A stretch of 64,000 nucleotides of DNA from Nemertoderma westbladi (GCA_032718475.1 JAUCBJ010008954.1:1-64000); one strand, 5' to 3'. Positions 10,444-23,732 are shown, counted from the first letter of the stretch. The notes: generated by a model not told the origin, from the letters alone. A program made the numbers and translations.

Positions 10444-10517
10444 GTGGACCCTGGCGGGGCTAAACCTACAACCAATAGATTGCAGGCCCGGCGCTCAACC
10501 AACTGAGCTACCCCGCC
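10444..10517 (-). mobile_element. tRNA-derived SINE head
   Basis: Minus strand GGCGGGGTAGCTCAGTTGGTTGAGCG...TGCAA...GGTTTAGCCCC: intact A-box, degenerate B-box, no proper cloverleaf. Continues into the SINE body at 1673. Confidence 0.75.
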
Positions 10518-10518
10518 T

Positions 10519-12205
10519 TTGACCCACAATGGTGTATCAATGACCCGCATTGTTGTATAATTGACCCACAATGGTGTATCAATGACCCACATTGTTGTAT
10601 AATTGACCCACAATGGTGTATCAATGACCCACATTGTTGTATAATTGACCCACAATGGTGTATCAATGACCCACAATGGTGTATAATTGACTCACAATGG
10701 TGTATCATTGACCCACATTGTTGTATAATTAACCCACATTGGTGTATCAATGACCCACAATGGAGTATAATTGACACACAATGGTTTATCATTGACCCAC
10801 GATGGTGTATCAATGACCCACAATGGTGTCATTGACCCACAATGGTGTCATTGACCCAGAATGGTGTATCAATGACCCACATTGTTTTATAATTTACCCA
10901 CAATGGTGCATCAATGACCCACAATGGTTTATAATTGACCCACAATGGTGTATCAATCACCCACATTGCTGTATAATTGACCCACATTGTTGTATAATTG
11001 ACCCACAATGGTGTATCATTGACCCACATTGTTGTATAATTGACCCACATTGTTGTATAATTGACCCACAATGGTGTATCATTGACCCACATTGTTGTAT
11101 AATTGACCCACAATGGTGTATCATTGACCCACATTGTTGTATAATTGACCCACAATGTTGTATCAATGACCCACATTGTTGTATAATTGACCCACATTGT
11201 TGTATAATTGACCCACATTGTTGTATCATTGACCCACATTGTTGTATCATTGACCCACAATGGTGTATCATTGACCCACATTGTTGTATAATTGACCCCC
11301 ATTGTTGTATAATTGACCCACAATGGTGTATCAATGACCCACAATGGTGTATCAATGACCCACAATGGTGTATCATTGACCCACATTGTTGTATAATTGA
11401 CCCACATTGTTGTATAATTGACCCACATTGTTGTATAATTGACCCACATTGTTGTATAATTGACCCACATTGTTGTATAATTGACCCACAATGTTGTATA
11501 ATTGACCCACAATGTTGTATAATTGACCCACATTGTTGTATAATTGACCCACATTGTCGTATCATTGACCCAAATGGTTGTATAATTGACCCACATTATT
11601 TTTGTATCATTGACCCACATTGTTGTATCATTGACCCACATTGTTGTATAATTGACCCACATTGTTGTATAATTGACCCACAATGGTTTCATTGACCCAC
11701 AATGATGTATCAATGAACCACATTATTGTATAATTGATCCATAATGGTGTCATTTACCCACAATGGTGTATCATTGACCAACATTGTTGTTATCATTGAC
11801 CCACAATGGTGTATCATTGACCCACATTGTTGTATAATTGACCCACATTGTTGTATAATTGACACACATTGTTGTATCATTGACCCACAATTGTGTATAA
11901 TTGAATGGTGTATAATTGAAACACCATAGTGTATGATTGACCCACAATGGTGAATAATTGACCCACAATTATGTATAATTGACCGACAAGGGTGTATAAT
12001 TGACCCACACTGTTGTATAATTGACCCACAATGGTGTCATTGACCCACAATGGTGTATCATTGACCCACAATGGTGTATCATTGACCCACATTGTTGTTA
12101 TCATTGACCCACAATGGTGTATCATTGACCCACATTGTTGTATAATTGACCCACAGTGGTGTATCATTGACCCACATTGTTTTATAATTGAGCCACAATG
12201 GTGCA
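10519..12205. repeat. 21-bp satellite, right part
   Basis: Same unit as 543-1509. A diagnostic variant block (TTGAATGGTGTATAATTGAAACACCATAG) occurs at both ~988 and ~11900. Confidence 0.97.
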
Positions 12206-12720
12206 CCATAGATTTATTACCTGCGTTGCCAATAAATAATAATTTTAAGTCATAAGTACCGTTTTTAAAGAAACAACGAACATCTTGTAAATAATAAATT
12301 ATAATAGTTTATGAAAATATTGCATAATGACAATGGCCCACAATTAATTATGATGAGTGTGTTTGTGTTCATAAAATATTAAGAAGAAATAAATACAAAA
12401 TTCATAATTTCAATAATTTCCTAAATTCAAAATAATTTTCGCAGTGATTCAATGGAATCCCAACGAAAATTATAATCCCGATTTCGTTTTGTTGGGATCG
12501 ACATCCCAAACTATTCATACTGAAGTGAAGTTGTAAAAATTTTAGATTCGTGCAGTTAATAATTAACAGTCACAATAATTGATTGATATATCAGCAAATA
12601 AATCATCCAGTGTTATTTAAGGAAATCCCGATCTTGAAAATCGGATTCCTGATAGAATATTGTTGTTTAAACACTAACAGATGATAGTAGTCCATAAACA
12701 CAAAGGATCACAGTGACTTT

Positions 12721-15700
12721 CTATCTAAGAGATGGTTGTGTAGATGGTTGTTTATCAGAATGTTTCAGTATCCAAGTGATTGTTTCCTGTAACATTGACA
12801 ACGAGAAACTATTAGCGATACTCATTAGGGTGTCGAGTCTCTGGAAGAGTTTTCTTCGAGTAAACGTGTTCTCGAAATTCCCGGCACATTGACACCACCG
12901 TTTCATGTTATCCGGTTTAACCCAATTGCATTTGGCGCAGACGAGATCCTGCGTAGCGTAGGCGACGGACAGCCGGTTAACCACCTGGATCAGTCGGGAC
13001 TCCATGACGCCGTCGTCGTAAGGGGTGTCGCACGCGGGGCAGTGCCACCGGGGCGGAGACCCGGATCCCGCACTCGAGATCCCTGGATCCCGACACAGAT
13101 CCACATCGCGACAATAGTTGCAAAACTTACAAATAACATCATTGAGTATGTAAGTCAAACAAGGATCGCGCCATTGGGCCTCCCTGGCGAATTCCTTCAC
13201 TCCGATTAGTTGAAGCAAATTGCGTTTAAGTTTCGCGGCTTGGCAATGGATGTTTGTATCCAACGCAAGGACCCGCACGATCGCTTTAACAAGTTCCAAC
13301 GCGGGATTATTCGGATGTAAGTAATGTCCTGGAGGCTCTGGGAAAACCTTCCAATCCGGACCGCTGTACTTCCGGTTGAGATCGGCGATGATGGCGAAGA
13401 CCTGCTGACTCATGTCGTTGTCCACGAGATCCTGGGAGAACTGGACCACTTTGGGGGTGGCGATAGCGTCGCCTTGGAACTTGAGCTGCGTGTTGGGTAC
13501 GTGACGCACCGCAGGGGTTTGTCCCGGGGCGTGAGAAGATTTCTCCTTCTCGACTTCATAGAAGATCGCCATGATGTAACCCGCGATGACCGCGTTGAAA
13601 CTGTCCTGACAACCGGCCTCGATAGGAAGAAAGTTCTTTATATTCCAGTTCATTACGACCTCTATGTTGTCATCATCAGACTCATGTATATCTTCGTCGA
13701 TACACTCCTCTAGGTTATCAACTCCGATTCTTCCTTTGATTCCGCCGAAGTTGGCGTAGTCCAACCAAAGTAGAAACCGCCACCAACCACTTACGGAAAT
13801 GTTAATCCCATGGAAGATTGTCTTGGCGGTGATCGAGCTGATAAGATAGCGGATGTAGGAAACAGAATCAGATAAATGTCGCTTACGGGTGAACGCGAGG
13901 ATCCTGTTGAAATTCGCGTAAACAACAACAGCCCCGAGGTTGTGAAACTCAGAGATTAAAAGCATAAAGAGTTTCTTCATTAGATCGTTAACCATCCGCA
14001 TTAAGGCGGGGTCGTGGAACAGAGACTCGGAGTTCTGTAACCACCGGTAAAAATTGATGATCTGTTCGTCGGCGTATTCGTTTCGGTGCTGCGTTACGTC
14101 ACGCAACCACGCGTGAACGACACCGCGGAGCACGCGGAAAGCTCCGGCGCAGCGGGAAGTCTCGTCGAAGGCGGTGCCGTCTGTGCCGACGCCAACGCCG
14201 CCGTCGCACAGCAACTCCTCCATGGAGTGCTGCGCCCCCGGGGCCCCGTCGAAGTTCAACGCCATGGAGCCGCCGCCCTCAAGAGCATTTATATTGTGGG
14301 CCTGGAGGAGGGTGTTGATGGCAAGGTTGGAGAGACTCAACTCGACCGACACTGTGGCGTAGCAACCCGGTTGATTGACCTCGACGCAGCCCGGAGCGTC
14401 GGCGCTGGTGTCAACCCGCGCGTCATCCACCTCCTTGCCGCCCAAATCTGGGCGTCGCCCGGGCGCCGCCCACCACACGTGGTTCTGGTCGGTTAGTTCG
14501 CGGGCATACGCCACATCGCAGCCCAGCAGATGGGCATCGTCCGTTAGGTTGCCAACAGGTACATTGAAGTATCGTGATTGGCTGAGTAGACGGGCATAGA
14601 TGCGATTGTACGATAGGTAGCCAATCATAACGCGCCGAGAAACAATTCGCTGCCAATCCAACACGTTAAAAGATAAATCATCTTTGATAAAAATCCGAGT
14701 GGAAGGGAAGTCTCTTAACAAAGCGATGTTTGAGTAAAGGTTCGAAGTAGTTGAAGTGGTTTGGTAGATAATCATGGTAGGGCCGTGGCTTTCTTGTTGG
14801 TAAGTTTGAAGGAACCGTTGCACAGCCGAGTGAAGTTTCTTTAAATCGTTGACGACATCGGCAGTGAATACGTGGTCTCCTAGAGGAAGGTCGTCAACCT
14901 CTTCTTGATTAAGAGACTCGAATAGTTTACCACGTTCCTCGTTGTAAGTCGACACGAGATTGGGGAGGTTGTTTGCCGATGATGGGTCTAGAAGGAACAG
15001 TGAACCTTTCTTGAGTTTGGGTAGGAAGACTGCGATAATTTGTCTGTTGCTGGATTCGTGTTGGTAGAGGTAGACATGGTTGATAGAGCCGGGAGCGAGG
15101 TAGCTGGTGCCGGAACCTCGTTTACGAGCTAGTTGGTTCAGCTGGAAGGAGGTTGAGTGGCGCGATCGTTTAGCCGCGTCCGCCGTCACCTGGCAACGGG
15201 CTCCCAATACAGCGACGGCACGGAAGAGCAGCGGTACCTGGGTCTCGTAGATCCCCTCGATCTCCGGGGCCGAGATGTCGGCGTTGAGTTCGTTGACGTA
15301 CTGCACGAAGAGACCCTCGGGTACCGAGTACTCGTACAGGTTGTGGACTTGGTTGGAGCGAGGGAGGACCTTATTGGCCCGTCTCCAACACGCGGAGCCC
15401 CCCGAATGATCCTCCGCCTTGGGCGTCTTCTGGTTGACGTAGAAGATCCTGGGGATGGTGACAGTGACGGTGTGGAGACCATCGCCGATAACCACCCAGA
15501 GTTGAACATCCCCCAGAACTTCCGTATCCCGGATTTCAACGACCTGCCATTGACTGGTTAGTAGCCCCGCCTTGCTACGCAGCAGGAAACCCTGCATCCC
15601 CATGGCAACTGCATCAGGAGCAGCCAATCGTCGTCGCTTAACCCCCTGTTGTTTGCTCGCCATCTGGTATTTCCATTTCTTTTTGTGCCATTGCAACCAC

Positions 15701-15885
15701 TTGGCCATATCATCCTTGTTGCTTCCCATCCTTGGTGGCTCGCCCCACCTCTCCTTGAAGGTACCAGCACCCACCGCTTCTACGTCTTCTGTGTCTCGGG
15801 TCTTCCGTTTGGTAGACACTCGTGGTGTCGCCTTCACCCGGGGTGTCATCGACATACCGTGAATGTCCTCAATATCGTTGGAAAC
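12721..15885 (-). CDS. POLE: DNA polymerase epsilon catalytic subunit, exon 6 (C-terminal inactive polymerase domain, CysA/CysB)
   Basis: WLQWHKKKW, IPRIFYVN, EGIYETQVP, PDLGGKE, FYRWL, CKFC...CPAC, CAKC...CQC. Acceptor TAG at 15888-15886; stop TAG. Confidence 0.96.
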   Translation of the reverse strand, partial: VSNDIEDIHGMSMTPRVKATPRVSTKRKTRDTEDVEAVGAGTFKERWGEPPRMGSNKDDMAKWLQWHKKKWKYQMASKQQGVKRRRLAAPDAVAMGMQGFLLRSKAGLLTSQWQVVEIRDTEVLGDVQLWVVIGDGLHTVTVTIPRIFYVNQKTPKAEDHSGGSACWRRANKVLPRSNQVHNLYEYSVPEGLFVQYVNELNADISAPEIEGIYETQVPLLFRAVAVLGARCQVTADAAKRSRHSTSFQLNQLARKRGSGTSYLAPGSINHVYLYQHESSNRQIIAVFLPKLKKGSLFLLDPSSANNLPNLVSTYNEERGKLFESLNQEEVDDLPLGDHVFTADVVNDLKKLHSAVQRFLQTYQQESHGPTMIIYQTTSTTSNLYSNIALLRDFPSTRIFIKDDLSFNVLDWQRIVSRRVMIGYLSYNRIYARLLSQSRYFNVPVGNLTDDAHLLGCDVAYARELTDQNHVWWAAPGRRPDLGGKEVDDARVDTSADAPGCVEVNQPGCYATVSVELSLSNLAINTLLQAHNINALEGGGSMALNFDGAPGAQHSMEELLCDGGVGVGTDGTAFDETSRCAGAFRVLRGVVHAWLRDVTQHRNEYADEQIINFYRWLQNSESLFHDPALMRMVNDLMKKLFMLLISEFHNLGAVVVYANFNRILAFTRKRHLSDSVSYIRYLISSITAKTIFHGINISVSGWWRFLLWLDYANFGGIKGRIGVDNLEECIDEDIHESDDDNIEVVMNWNIKNFLPIEAGCQDSFNAVIAGYIMAIFYEVEKEKSSHAPGQTPAVRHVPNTQLKFQGDAIATPKVVQFSQDLVDNDMSQQVFAIIADLNRKYSGPDWKVFPEPPGHYLHPNNPALELVKAIVRVLALDTNIHCQAAKLKRNLLQLIGVKEFAREAQWRDPCLTYILNDVICKFCNYCRDVDLCRDPGISSAGSGSPPRWHCPACDTPYDDGVMESRLIQVVNRLSVAYATQDLVCAKCNWVKPDNMKRWCQCAGNFENTFTRRKLFQRLDTLMSIANSFSLSMLQETITWILKHSDKQPSTQPSLR

Positions 15886-16116
15886 CTACAAGAGGGAGTA
15901 ACGTATGTGGAATTAATTAATGGATAGTGGAAGTAGTGTACGGATGATTCGTATATTTAATGTGAAAAAACTATTGAAAATAAGGCAATTTAAGAAAATA
16001 AGGAATTTATGCGAATTTCTGCAACAATCGTGTAAATATCGCAATGGGGATTGTATTTTTCACCGGGATCCCGGTTTTTCGGGATCGGGATCCCGTTTAA
16101 ACCATGACTACCATAG

Positions 16117-17333
16117 AGATAGACCCATTCTACGTCCGCACAAGACCATTATCTGCCATCTAAGACCGCACTAGACCAATTATCTGCCACCTAAGACCGC
16201 ACTAGACCCATTATCTGCCATCTAAGACCGCACTAGACCCATTATCTGCCACCTAAGACCGCACTAGACCCATTAACTGTCACCTAAGACCGCACTAGAC
16301 CCATTATCTGCCACCTAAGACCGCACTAGACCCATTATCTGTCACCTAAGACCGCACTAGACCCATTATCTGCCACCTAAGACCGCACTAGACCCATTAT
16401 CCATTATCTGCCACCTAAGACCGCACTAGACCCATTATCTGCCATCTAAGACCGCACTAGACCCATTATCTGCCACCTAAGACCGCACTAGACCCATTAT
16501 CTGCCACCTAAGACCGCACTTGACCCATTATCCATTATCTGCCACCTAAGACCGCACTAGACCCATTATCTGCCACCTAAGACCGCACTTGACCCATTAT
16601 CCATTATCTGCCACCTAAGGCCGCACTAGACCCATTATCTGCCACCTAAGACCGCACTTGACCCATTATCCATTATCTGCCACCTAAGGCCGCACTAGAC
16701 CCAGTATCTACCACCTAAGGCCGCACTAGACCCATTATCCATTATCTGCCATGTAAGGCCGTACTAGACCCATTATCTGCCACCTAAGGCCGCACTAGAC
16801 CCATCATCCATTATCTGCCACCTAAGGCCGTACTAGACCCATTATCTGCCACCTAAGGCCGTACTAGACCCATTATCTGCCACCTAAGGCCGCACTAGAC
16901 CCATTATCTGCCACCTAAGGCCGCACTAGACCCATCATCCATTATCTGCCACCTAAGGCCGTACTAGACCCATTATCTGCCACCTAAGGCCGTACTAGAC
17001 CCATTATCTGCCACCTAAGGCCGCACTAGACCCATTATCTGCCACCTAAGGCCGCACTAGACCCATCATCCATTATCTGCCACCTAAGGCCGTACTAGAC
17101 CCATTATCTGCCACCTAAGGCCGTACTAGACCCATTATCTGCCACCTAAGGCCGCACTAGACCCATTATCTGCCACCTAAGACCGCACTAGACCCATTAT
17201 CTGTCACCTAAGACCGCACTAGACCCATTATCTGCCACCTAAGGCCGTACTAGACCCATTATCTGCCACCTAAGGCCGTACTAGACCCATTATCTGCCAC
17301 CTAAGGCCGCACTTGACCCATTATCTGCCACCC
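16117..17333. repeat. 31-bp minisatellite in POLE intron 5
   Basis: Unit CTAAG[AG]CCGCACTAGACCCATTATCTGCCAC, with 38-bp variants. Abuts the exon 5 donor. Confidence 0.96.
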
Positions 17334-17335
17334 AC

Positions 17336-17557
17336 CTGTAAAGGTTTGAATATTTCCGTGATTCTCTTCTGTTTCAACACATCGTCCTTCTCCAGCTGTT
17401 TCCGGTGCAGCCAGTCGGGGTGCGGCACTCTCGGCACCGGATTGGACACCGACTGCAACGCGGCTGGGATGGTGATGATCTTTTGGATAGCGCTGCCGAG
17501 TCGCTCCACATAGTAACCCCAATCGAGAATATCTCGAATGTCCATCGACGTAACAAC
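17336..17557 (-). CDS. POLE: POLE exon 5
   Basis: [30 protein letters not shown]...HPDWL. CAG acceptor, GTGGGT donor, phase 0/0. Confidence 0.95.
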
Positions 17558-18410
17558 CTGCAATTATTTCATGGTAAATAATGAAATATAGTTCACAACA
17601 AAGTGTCAGGACGAAATATTTTTACAATTTAGAAAGCGTGCCATGTCGAGATTCATCATAAGGCATTTTGATTTGTGAGAATTACTTAATAATTGGGGAT
17701 CAGGTGGAAGTGGTTCTATCACTATCAGTATCACCTGTGCCATTATCTTTTCAGCTTTGGTCAGTACTGTATTGGTGTAGACAATACTCGGTTTCTTCTT
17801 TATAAGTTACATTATTTATTTTTTCGGAAAAATGTAGAACTTTTTTACGAATTCTCGAGGTATTTCATTTACCGAGCGCCAACGAGGTTAATAAAGGGTC
17901 GAGAGAATATTGAAAAATCAACTTTTACGTTTTTTTCCCATGTAATACGTAATTTCATTCTTAAATTGGTACTTTTTGTTGCTCAATTCTTTAATTAAAA
18001 TATAGAACGATATAGTGTTACAAAATAAATTGAACTGTAGTATTTTACTATATTGCTTCCATATTTACTCCTATTCAAATTACTCTACTCTTCAACTCTC
18101 GATGCTGCCTTAACTCAACGTTAAATAATTTAGTGTTCTCGAATATTTATTACGTAACTAGAGAGCCGCTTAACAACCGTACGAGACACGAGTACGCCGC
18201 GCAGACACTAAAGTTGCAATAACTTTTGAGTGTGTGAATGGATTTTGCTCAAATTACGTGCAAACCTTTTCTCCTTCCATGTTCTTTTAACACAATGTAA
18301 TAAAAAAGTAACATTTAATGCAACCATAGTAACCATACTAGTTTCATTTCTTCTCATGATTCAGGGCCGTACATTAGGGCGAAAGATTAACAATTTAATA
18401 ATAAAATAAT

Positions 18411-21355
18411 AACACTTAAACTGGTCTGCGTCTTCATTTAGTTTTGTTTCGACTTGATAGGAACACAAATTTGTGTTTTATGTGAATGTACGCGAACTGG
18501 TGGGAAAACATAGATTGACGTTCTCCGAGTTGGTAAGAACACAAATATGTTTTAAATTTAAATTTTTACAGTTGTGTCAGTAGTCAGACATTGTGTTAAA
18601 AGGTTGAATAAAGGCCTGTGGCCGAAATATACCTTACTTATCAATTTTTCAACGTTACCGAAAGGTCAGCTCTATCACTTTATTTAATTTTAATTAAATA
18701 TGTGTTTGCCTGAGCGGCTATCCACTTGGCCCTGACGCTTTTTTGTGTTTTAGACATATTTTACGTATTCCTATAATACTACTACTTAATGAATCCCTAT
18801 GGGTTTATCATTACCGGTATTCAATCGCTTGAATGTAGAGCTACACAATGGTAGTTGAATCATCTCGAATCGCCCACTATGGCAGACGCAGTGGTGTGAG
18901 AAAGATTCTAAAATATAGAAAAGTTTAAGTAATGGGCGTTTTTTAACATTATGTCGGATGGACAAAAGATTACCACTACTAGACAGCCCTGTTTATGGGC
19001 TTTCTTCCGATACCTCATATCCGCCAGTTTGGCATCCCCAACGCCCACACAAAGTTTTCCCAGAGGTATGCTTCACAGTATAACAATAACTGAATCTCAA
19101 GACTTCGGCTGCAATATTCCCACACCCCATAAACTTATATAAATGGTTCTTCGTTACTTCGTTTTAGTATCAACGGATTGATAGACCAACTTTATTTGGA
19201 TGGATACATTTTATGACGTGGAAAACTTTTCTACTCCGGTATTCATTCGATTCATGTTATCGAATTGGAGAAACTTATTTATTAATGAATTTATTATTTT
19301 AATTTATTATTATTAATTTATTATTTTAATTTATTATTATAATTTATTATTTTAATTTATTATTTTAATTTATTATTATTTATTTACTATTTTAATTTAT
19401 TTTTATTTATTTATTTATAGTTCTTATTTATTATATTAAGAACAATAGCCGTTAACTCCCGTCTCGTTTATTAATTTTTCACACCTTGCTCATGAAATAT
19501 GGAGTTTAAATAAAATGGCTACTTTTATTCCTAAGCCTAAGTTAATAAATAGTTACTTTTAAATATCAGCACCCTTTGATTTTATAACGGATATATACGT
19601 ATACATACGTATATACGTATACATATATACATAATAGTATTACGTATATATGTGACAGAGATGGATGCGACAGAGCTAAAATTTCATCCGGAGCCGGAGC
19701 CCGGAGGTTGCTCCGGATTACAATATGAGCTCCGGCCAGAGACGGAGCCGGAGCCGGAGATTTGGTGATTGATAATTCCAGTGTATTATTATATTAGACA
19801 TAAACAGATATGTGTCCATGAGACATGGGGGGGGGGGGGGGATTTGATGCAATTTCTTACGCGGCGAATTAATATCTCGCCTCAATGTTAAATTATCAAT
19901 TAAGGGAAATGAGCAATTTACAGTCGCATACTATTATAATCAAAACAATAAACTAACTATATTCAATATAACAGGTTACAGTTTTTTTGTAGTAATCAGC
20001 AGTTATTTGCGTCGATTTTCCCCTGGAGAGGGAAGGGATGAATTTATATTGCGTCCAAAGACTCCCTGCTGTAAAATGGTACATCAACCAATGGGTATCG
20101 TGACGAAGCCAAAAAACTATATTGGGGGGGGGGGGGGGGGGGTGATACTCTACCGACATCAAAACAACGCAGGACATTATTATGACCATCGCTAATTATG
20201 TCTATAATTTATGTCAGGTAATACGTCATAGGTCCTATAGTCGTTAGGTCCCGTGACATAATGTCCTGCGACAATAGATCCTTAGTTACAACAGCTATGA
20301 TTACTAGTATAAAATTAATCTGTAACATGTGCTATCGAGTCTCGTTAGAATAATACCGGTCCGTCACTATATAACCTGCACCCTTCTCGACTGAAAAAAC
20401 GACATGAACAGTACCAACCTGTTGTGGATGGGGGGTGGGGGTCAGTGGAATTGGGGTTCTATAGACTGACGAACGAAACGAGAGTACATGTACAGTATTT
20501 AATATTTTTAATTAGGGAAGAATATTAATTGAATTAACTGAATCATTTCAATGTTTTTGTCTAAATATTTAAACAATTTCTCAAGGGTGGGTGGGGGTTT
20601 ATTAGGAAACTTAAAAAAACATGCTGTAAATTACTTAATGAGTTATTATGTTAATTACTATGATATTTACATTATTCATACATCAGAAAAACTTATTATT
20701 TTAATTCAAATTTCAACAACATGAGCTCCGGATTGGCTCCGGGTTAATTTGCCCGGAGCCGGAACCAGAGCCGGAACTAGAAAATTGGCCCGGAGCTCCG
20801 GATTTCCGGAGCCGGAGCCGGAGCTCTGTCGCATCCCTAGGTAATACTATATAGTAGACTATAGAAAACTATCATACGAAAAAAGTTTATGGGACAGATG
20901 ATAGCCACATTAACTCGGACTCTGATTAACTGTTTATCTAACTGATTAAAACTGTTTGTCTAACTTTCTGTCTTAAATGTTTAACTGTTTATCTTGTATT
21001 TAATGTATATTAAATCAATATAGAAATTAAAAAAAAACCTTCTCCTTATTTTAATGGAAAGATTTTTGTACATGAACATCTAAATGATTATAAAATCCAA
21101 AGAAAAACGCTGACCAAGTTGGATAAAACTCATAAAAAACATCTCACCAAGTCAGACAATACTTACTAAAACACAGATTTGTGTTCATACCAACTCGAAA
21201 CGTAGTTTCTAAAATGGTTAGACCCGCTCGTGACATAAAAGTGTAAACACATATTTGTGTTTTTACCAAGTCAATACAACAACGAAATATATACAGGACC
21301 AAGTCAACATTGTATTCTGAAAACACAAATATGTGTTTCTACCAGTTTAAGTGTT
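18411..21355. mobile_element. Degenerate TIR element (possibly Kolobok-like) filling most of POLE intron 4
   Basis: AACACTTAAACTGGT at 18411 is inverted at 21341-21355. AACACAAAT.TGTGTT/ACCAA subterminal motifs occur in inverted orientation at both ends. TTAA follows the right end only. Confidence 0.45.
19663..20839. mobile_element. hAT-like non-autonomous element
   Basis: GGATGCGACAGAGCT ... AGCTCTGTCGCATCCCTA inverted termini and GGAGCC subterminal repeats. The left end is eroded and no TSD was found. Confidence 0.65.
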
Positions 21356-21370
21356 TTAATTAATAAGAAC

Positions 21371-21876
21371 CTGCATTTTCAACCATTTCTTCAGGTAATG
21401 TCGCTTAACCCCCGGTTCTGCCATGAATATCGCCACAGGTATCGCTCGTTCAGTAACCGGGGCTCCTTCGGGTTTACGCGATATTATGTAGCGACAACTG
21501 AGTCCTTTATCCTTGACCATGGCGTCCCCTAGGAACTCCGCTAGTCTCTTAGCCGTCGATATCGACGTAGACTTCTGGGCGCCGTAATCCTCTAGTTTCT
21601 GACTCATTGTTCGGTTCTCGGAGATCAAATCAAACAATTCGTCGTCAGGCATGTCCATGGCCTTGCTGTAGAGGACGTCGAGCCAATAGTTGGCCACCTT
21701 GGCGACGTGTTGGTAACATTCCGAGAGGTCTGAACCCTCGAGGAATCTATCGAACACCGAACTCTGGAATATCTTTATGAGTCCCAACTCGCCACGTCGT
21801 TTAATCTCGAAACCTTTGAGTTCGGCTATCGATTTATCGAAGTTGAACACGGCGTAACGTTTCTTTAACTTCTTAC
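21371..21876 (-). CDS. POLE: POLE exon 4
   Basis: [49 protein letters not shown]. Phase-1 acceptor; the donor (GTTCTT) is weak but restores frame. Confidence 0.93.
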
Positions 21877-22059
21877 CTGAGAGAATTAATAATGTAAAAA
21901 GTCAAAATATTTCCAGATAGTTTATTGAATATTCAAAGAAAGTTGAAGATTTTCAAGTAGAATTGGCCGAGGAGTTACGTGGCTTGATGCAATAAATATG
22001 GGCATTCTTTGTTTGTTTACAGTATTTAAACACACATTATTGCCCTTTGAATGGGAGAA

Positions 22060-22280
22060 TCTTTTAGGCTCGTTAAGCCAAGGAATGCCTGTTCACCACC
22101 ATTGGTGATCTTCCACAGTAAACCCTGTTTCACAAGTTGCCTTGGTTCCCATTTATCGACCACTGAAGGATGAAAACCAGGGTTGGGCTAGGCTTTTAAA
22201 GCACTGTGCCCAGACAGTGCTGCCCCATCTAGGGATCGAACCAGTGCATCCTGATTGGAAGCCCAGGATTGTCATAATTG
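22060..22280 (-). mobile_element. Degenerate SINE remnant
   Basis: CCCATTTATCGACC...GAAGGATGAAA resembles the core of the SINE at 1640-1670. B-box-like GGTTCGATCCC on the minus strand near 22235. Confidence 0.45.
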
Positions 22281-22660
22281 CCCTTTTAAAAGTATAAATA
22301 AAACTTTATTTCATATGCGACCAATTGCCGGTCAAAGTGCGCCACTATCTGGGGTGACGGGTGTGAAATTGGAAAGTTGGGGGTCAAGGGCGCAAAATCA
22401 CCGCAAACACCAAATTGTGTGTTTAGAGTTAGTGGGTTTGAAATAAGGGAAAGGAGCAGGTTATAGTGGCAGTGTTTTCTAACCAAAACAATAAACTATA
22501 ATTTATTTCACTTGCTGTCAATGTGGGCCACTATCTGGAAAGTGGAACTAATATTTCTGTACACCTGACTATCATTAACCCAATGGAAAATCATATATTT
22601 ATTGGTTAAAAATTTATAAGATATAATAAATTTGTCACTTAGTAACATATATTTATAAAC

Positions 22661-23732
22661 CTTCATCTTTTGCTGCTGGTAGAATCATCGCCAAGTAGGG
22701 TCCGTCCACCTCGAAGAATATCGAGTTCTCCGTACGAATCTTATAAGACAGACTCTTTGGGTCCTCCAACTCTTGGTACTGGTGGTTGGTGAAGTCGTCC
22801 TTCACCATTACGTTCAACATCGCGCCGGGGTAGGAGAGAGTCCGACGCGCACCGCTACGGAGACGCAGTGTGTAGGCCTCCGGGAAGCTGGCCGGAAGCA
22901 TGCACCAGATCCCGTCGGTGTCCAACTCCAGCGGCCGTCCAATCTTCTCGATAATCTCGCGAGCGCGGACGATAATGTTGGACCCGGTGTGGCAAACGAT
23001 CCCCGCCATCTCCATAGAGTGCCACCGCGAGCCGCGCCGCATCACGTACCCGTAGAACGAGTTCAATATACACTTGTGCGCGAGTTGCAACGAATCGTAG
23101 AGTATTTCTTTATTTCCCGCGGACTTTATTGCCTCGGGGTCGCCGCTCTTTACGGCCTCGGCGAGTTGTTTCTTCCAGTGCTTAGTCAGCCCCTTGAACT
23201 CGTAACGGCGGTCGCGGAACGCGCGAACCGTATCAACGTAGAAGGAATTCTCGCGTTGACACACCGTGGATATTCGCTCCTCCACTCTGGTTACTTTTGT
23301 TCGCTTGTACGCTTTATGGCAGTAGCTAGCTAACCTCTTCTTCTCTAATGTAGATTGTTCCTCTTTACTGAGTTGGTGGAAGGCTTTCGTTCCCCCGTTA
23401 TCAGACGGGAATTGCTCCAACTCTAACTGCTGTTGTATTCGCTGAAATTCCGTCTTCGAAGCCGGGGTCATTTCTCCCCGCCATGTCCACGCCATCTTGC
23501 GTTGGCAGTTGGAACCGGCCTTGTTGAAGTCGCATGCGGCGCACATCCGCTCGGATACGATGGCGGGCGGCTGGAGTCGATTGGTTAGAATGATGTTTGG
23601 GTACATAGCGGCCACGTCCAGATGGTAGATTATCGGTTTATCCAGTCGGGAGGGATTCTCCCGCAGATGAATCAACTTATCGCGGATGTCGTCACAAATT
23701 TCATCGAAGTTTTCAACCTCCTCAAAGGCAAT
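22661..23732 (-). CDS. POLE: POLE exon 3 (polymerase palm/fingers)
   Basis: [18 protein letters not shown]...CQR (CysX), [30 protein letters not shown]. Confidence 0.96.

Noticed and set aside
10444-10517. Functional tRNA gene
   Set aside because: The anticodon and T arms do not pair, the B-box is degenerate, and the sequence continues into a SINE body.
12889-15927. Plus-strand ORFs overlapping POLE exons (similarly within pecanex)
   Set aside because: Expected shadows of GC-rich codon usage.
18600-18635. Hammerhead/Penelope-like motif TGAATAAAGGCCTGTGGCCGAAA
   Set aside because: The catalytic CUGANGA core does not match and no flanking stems were found.
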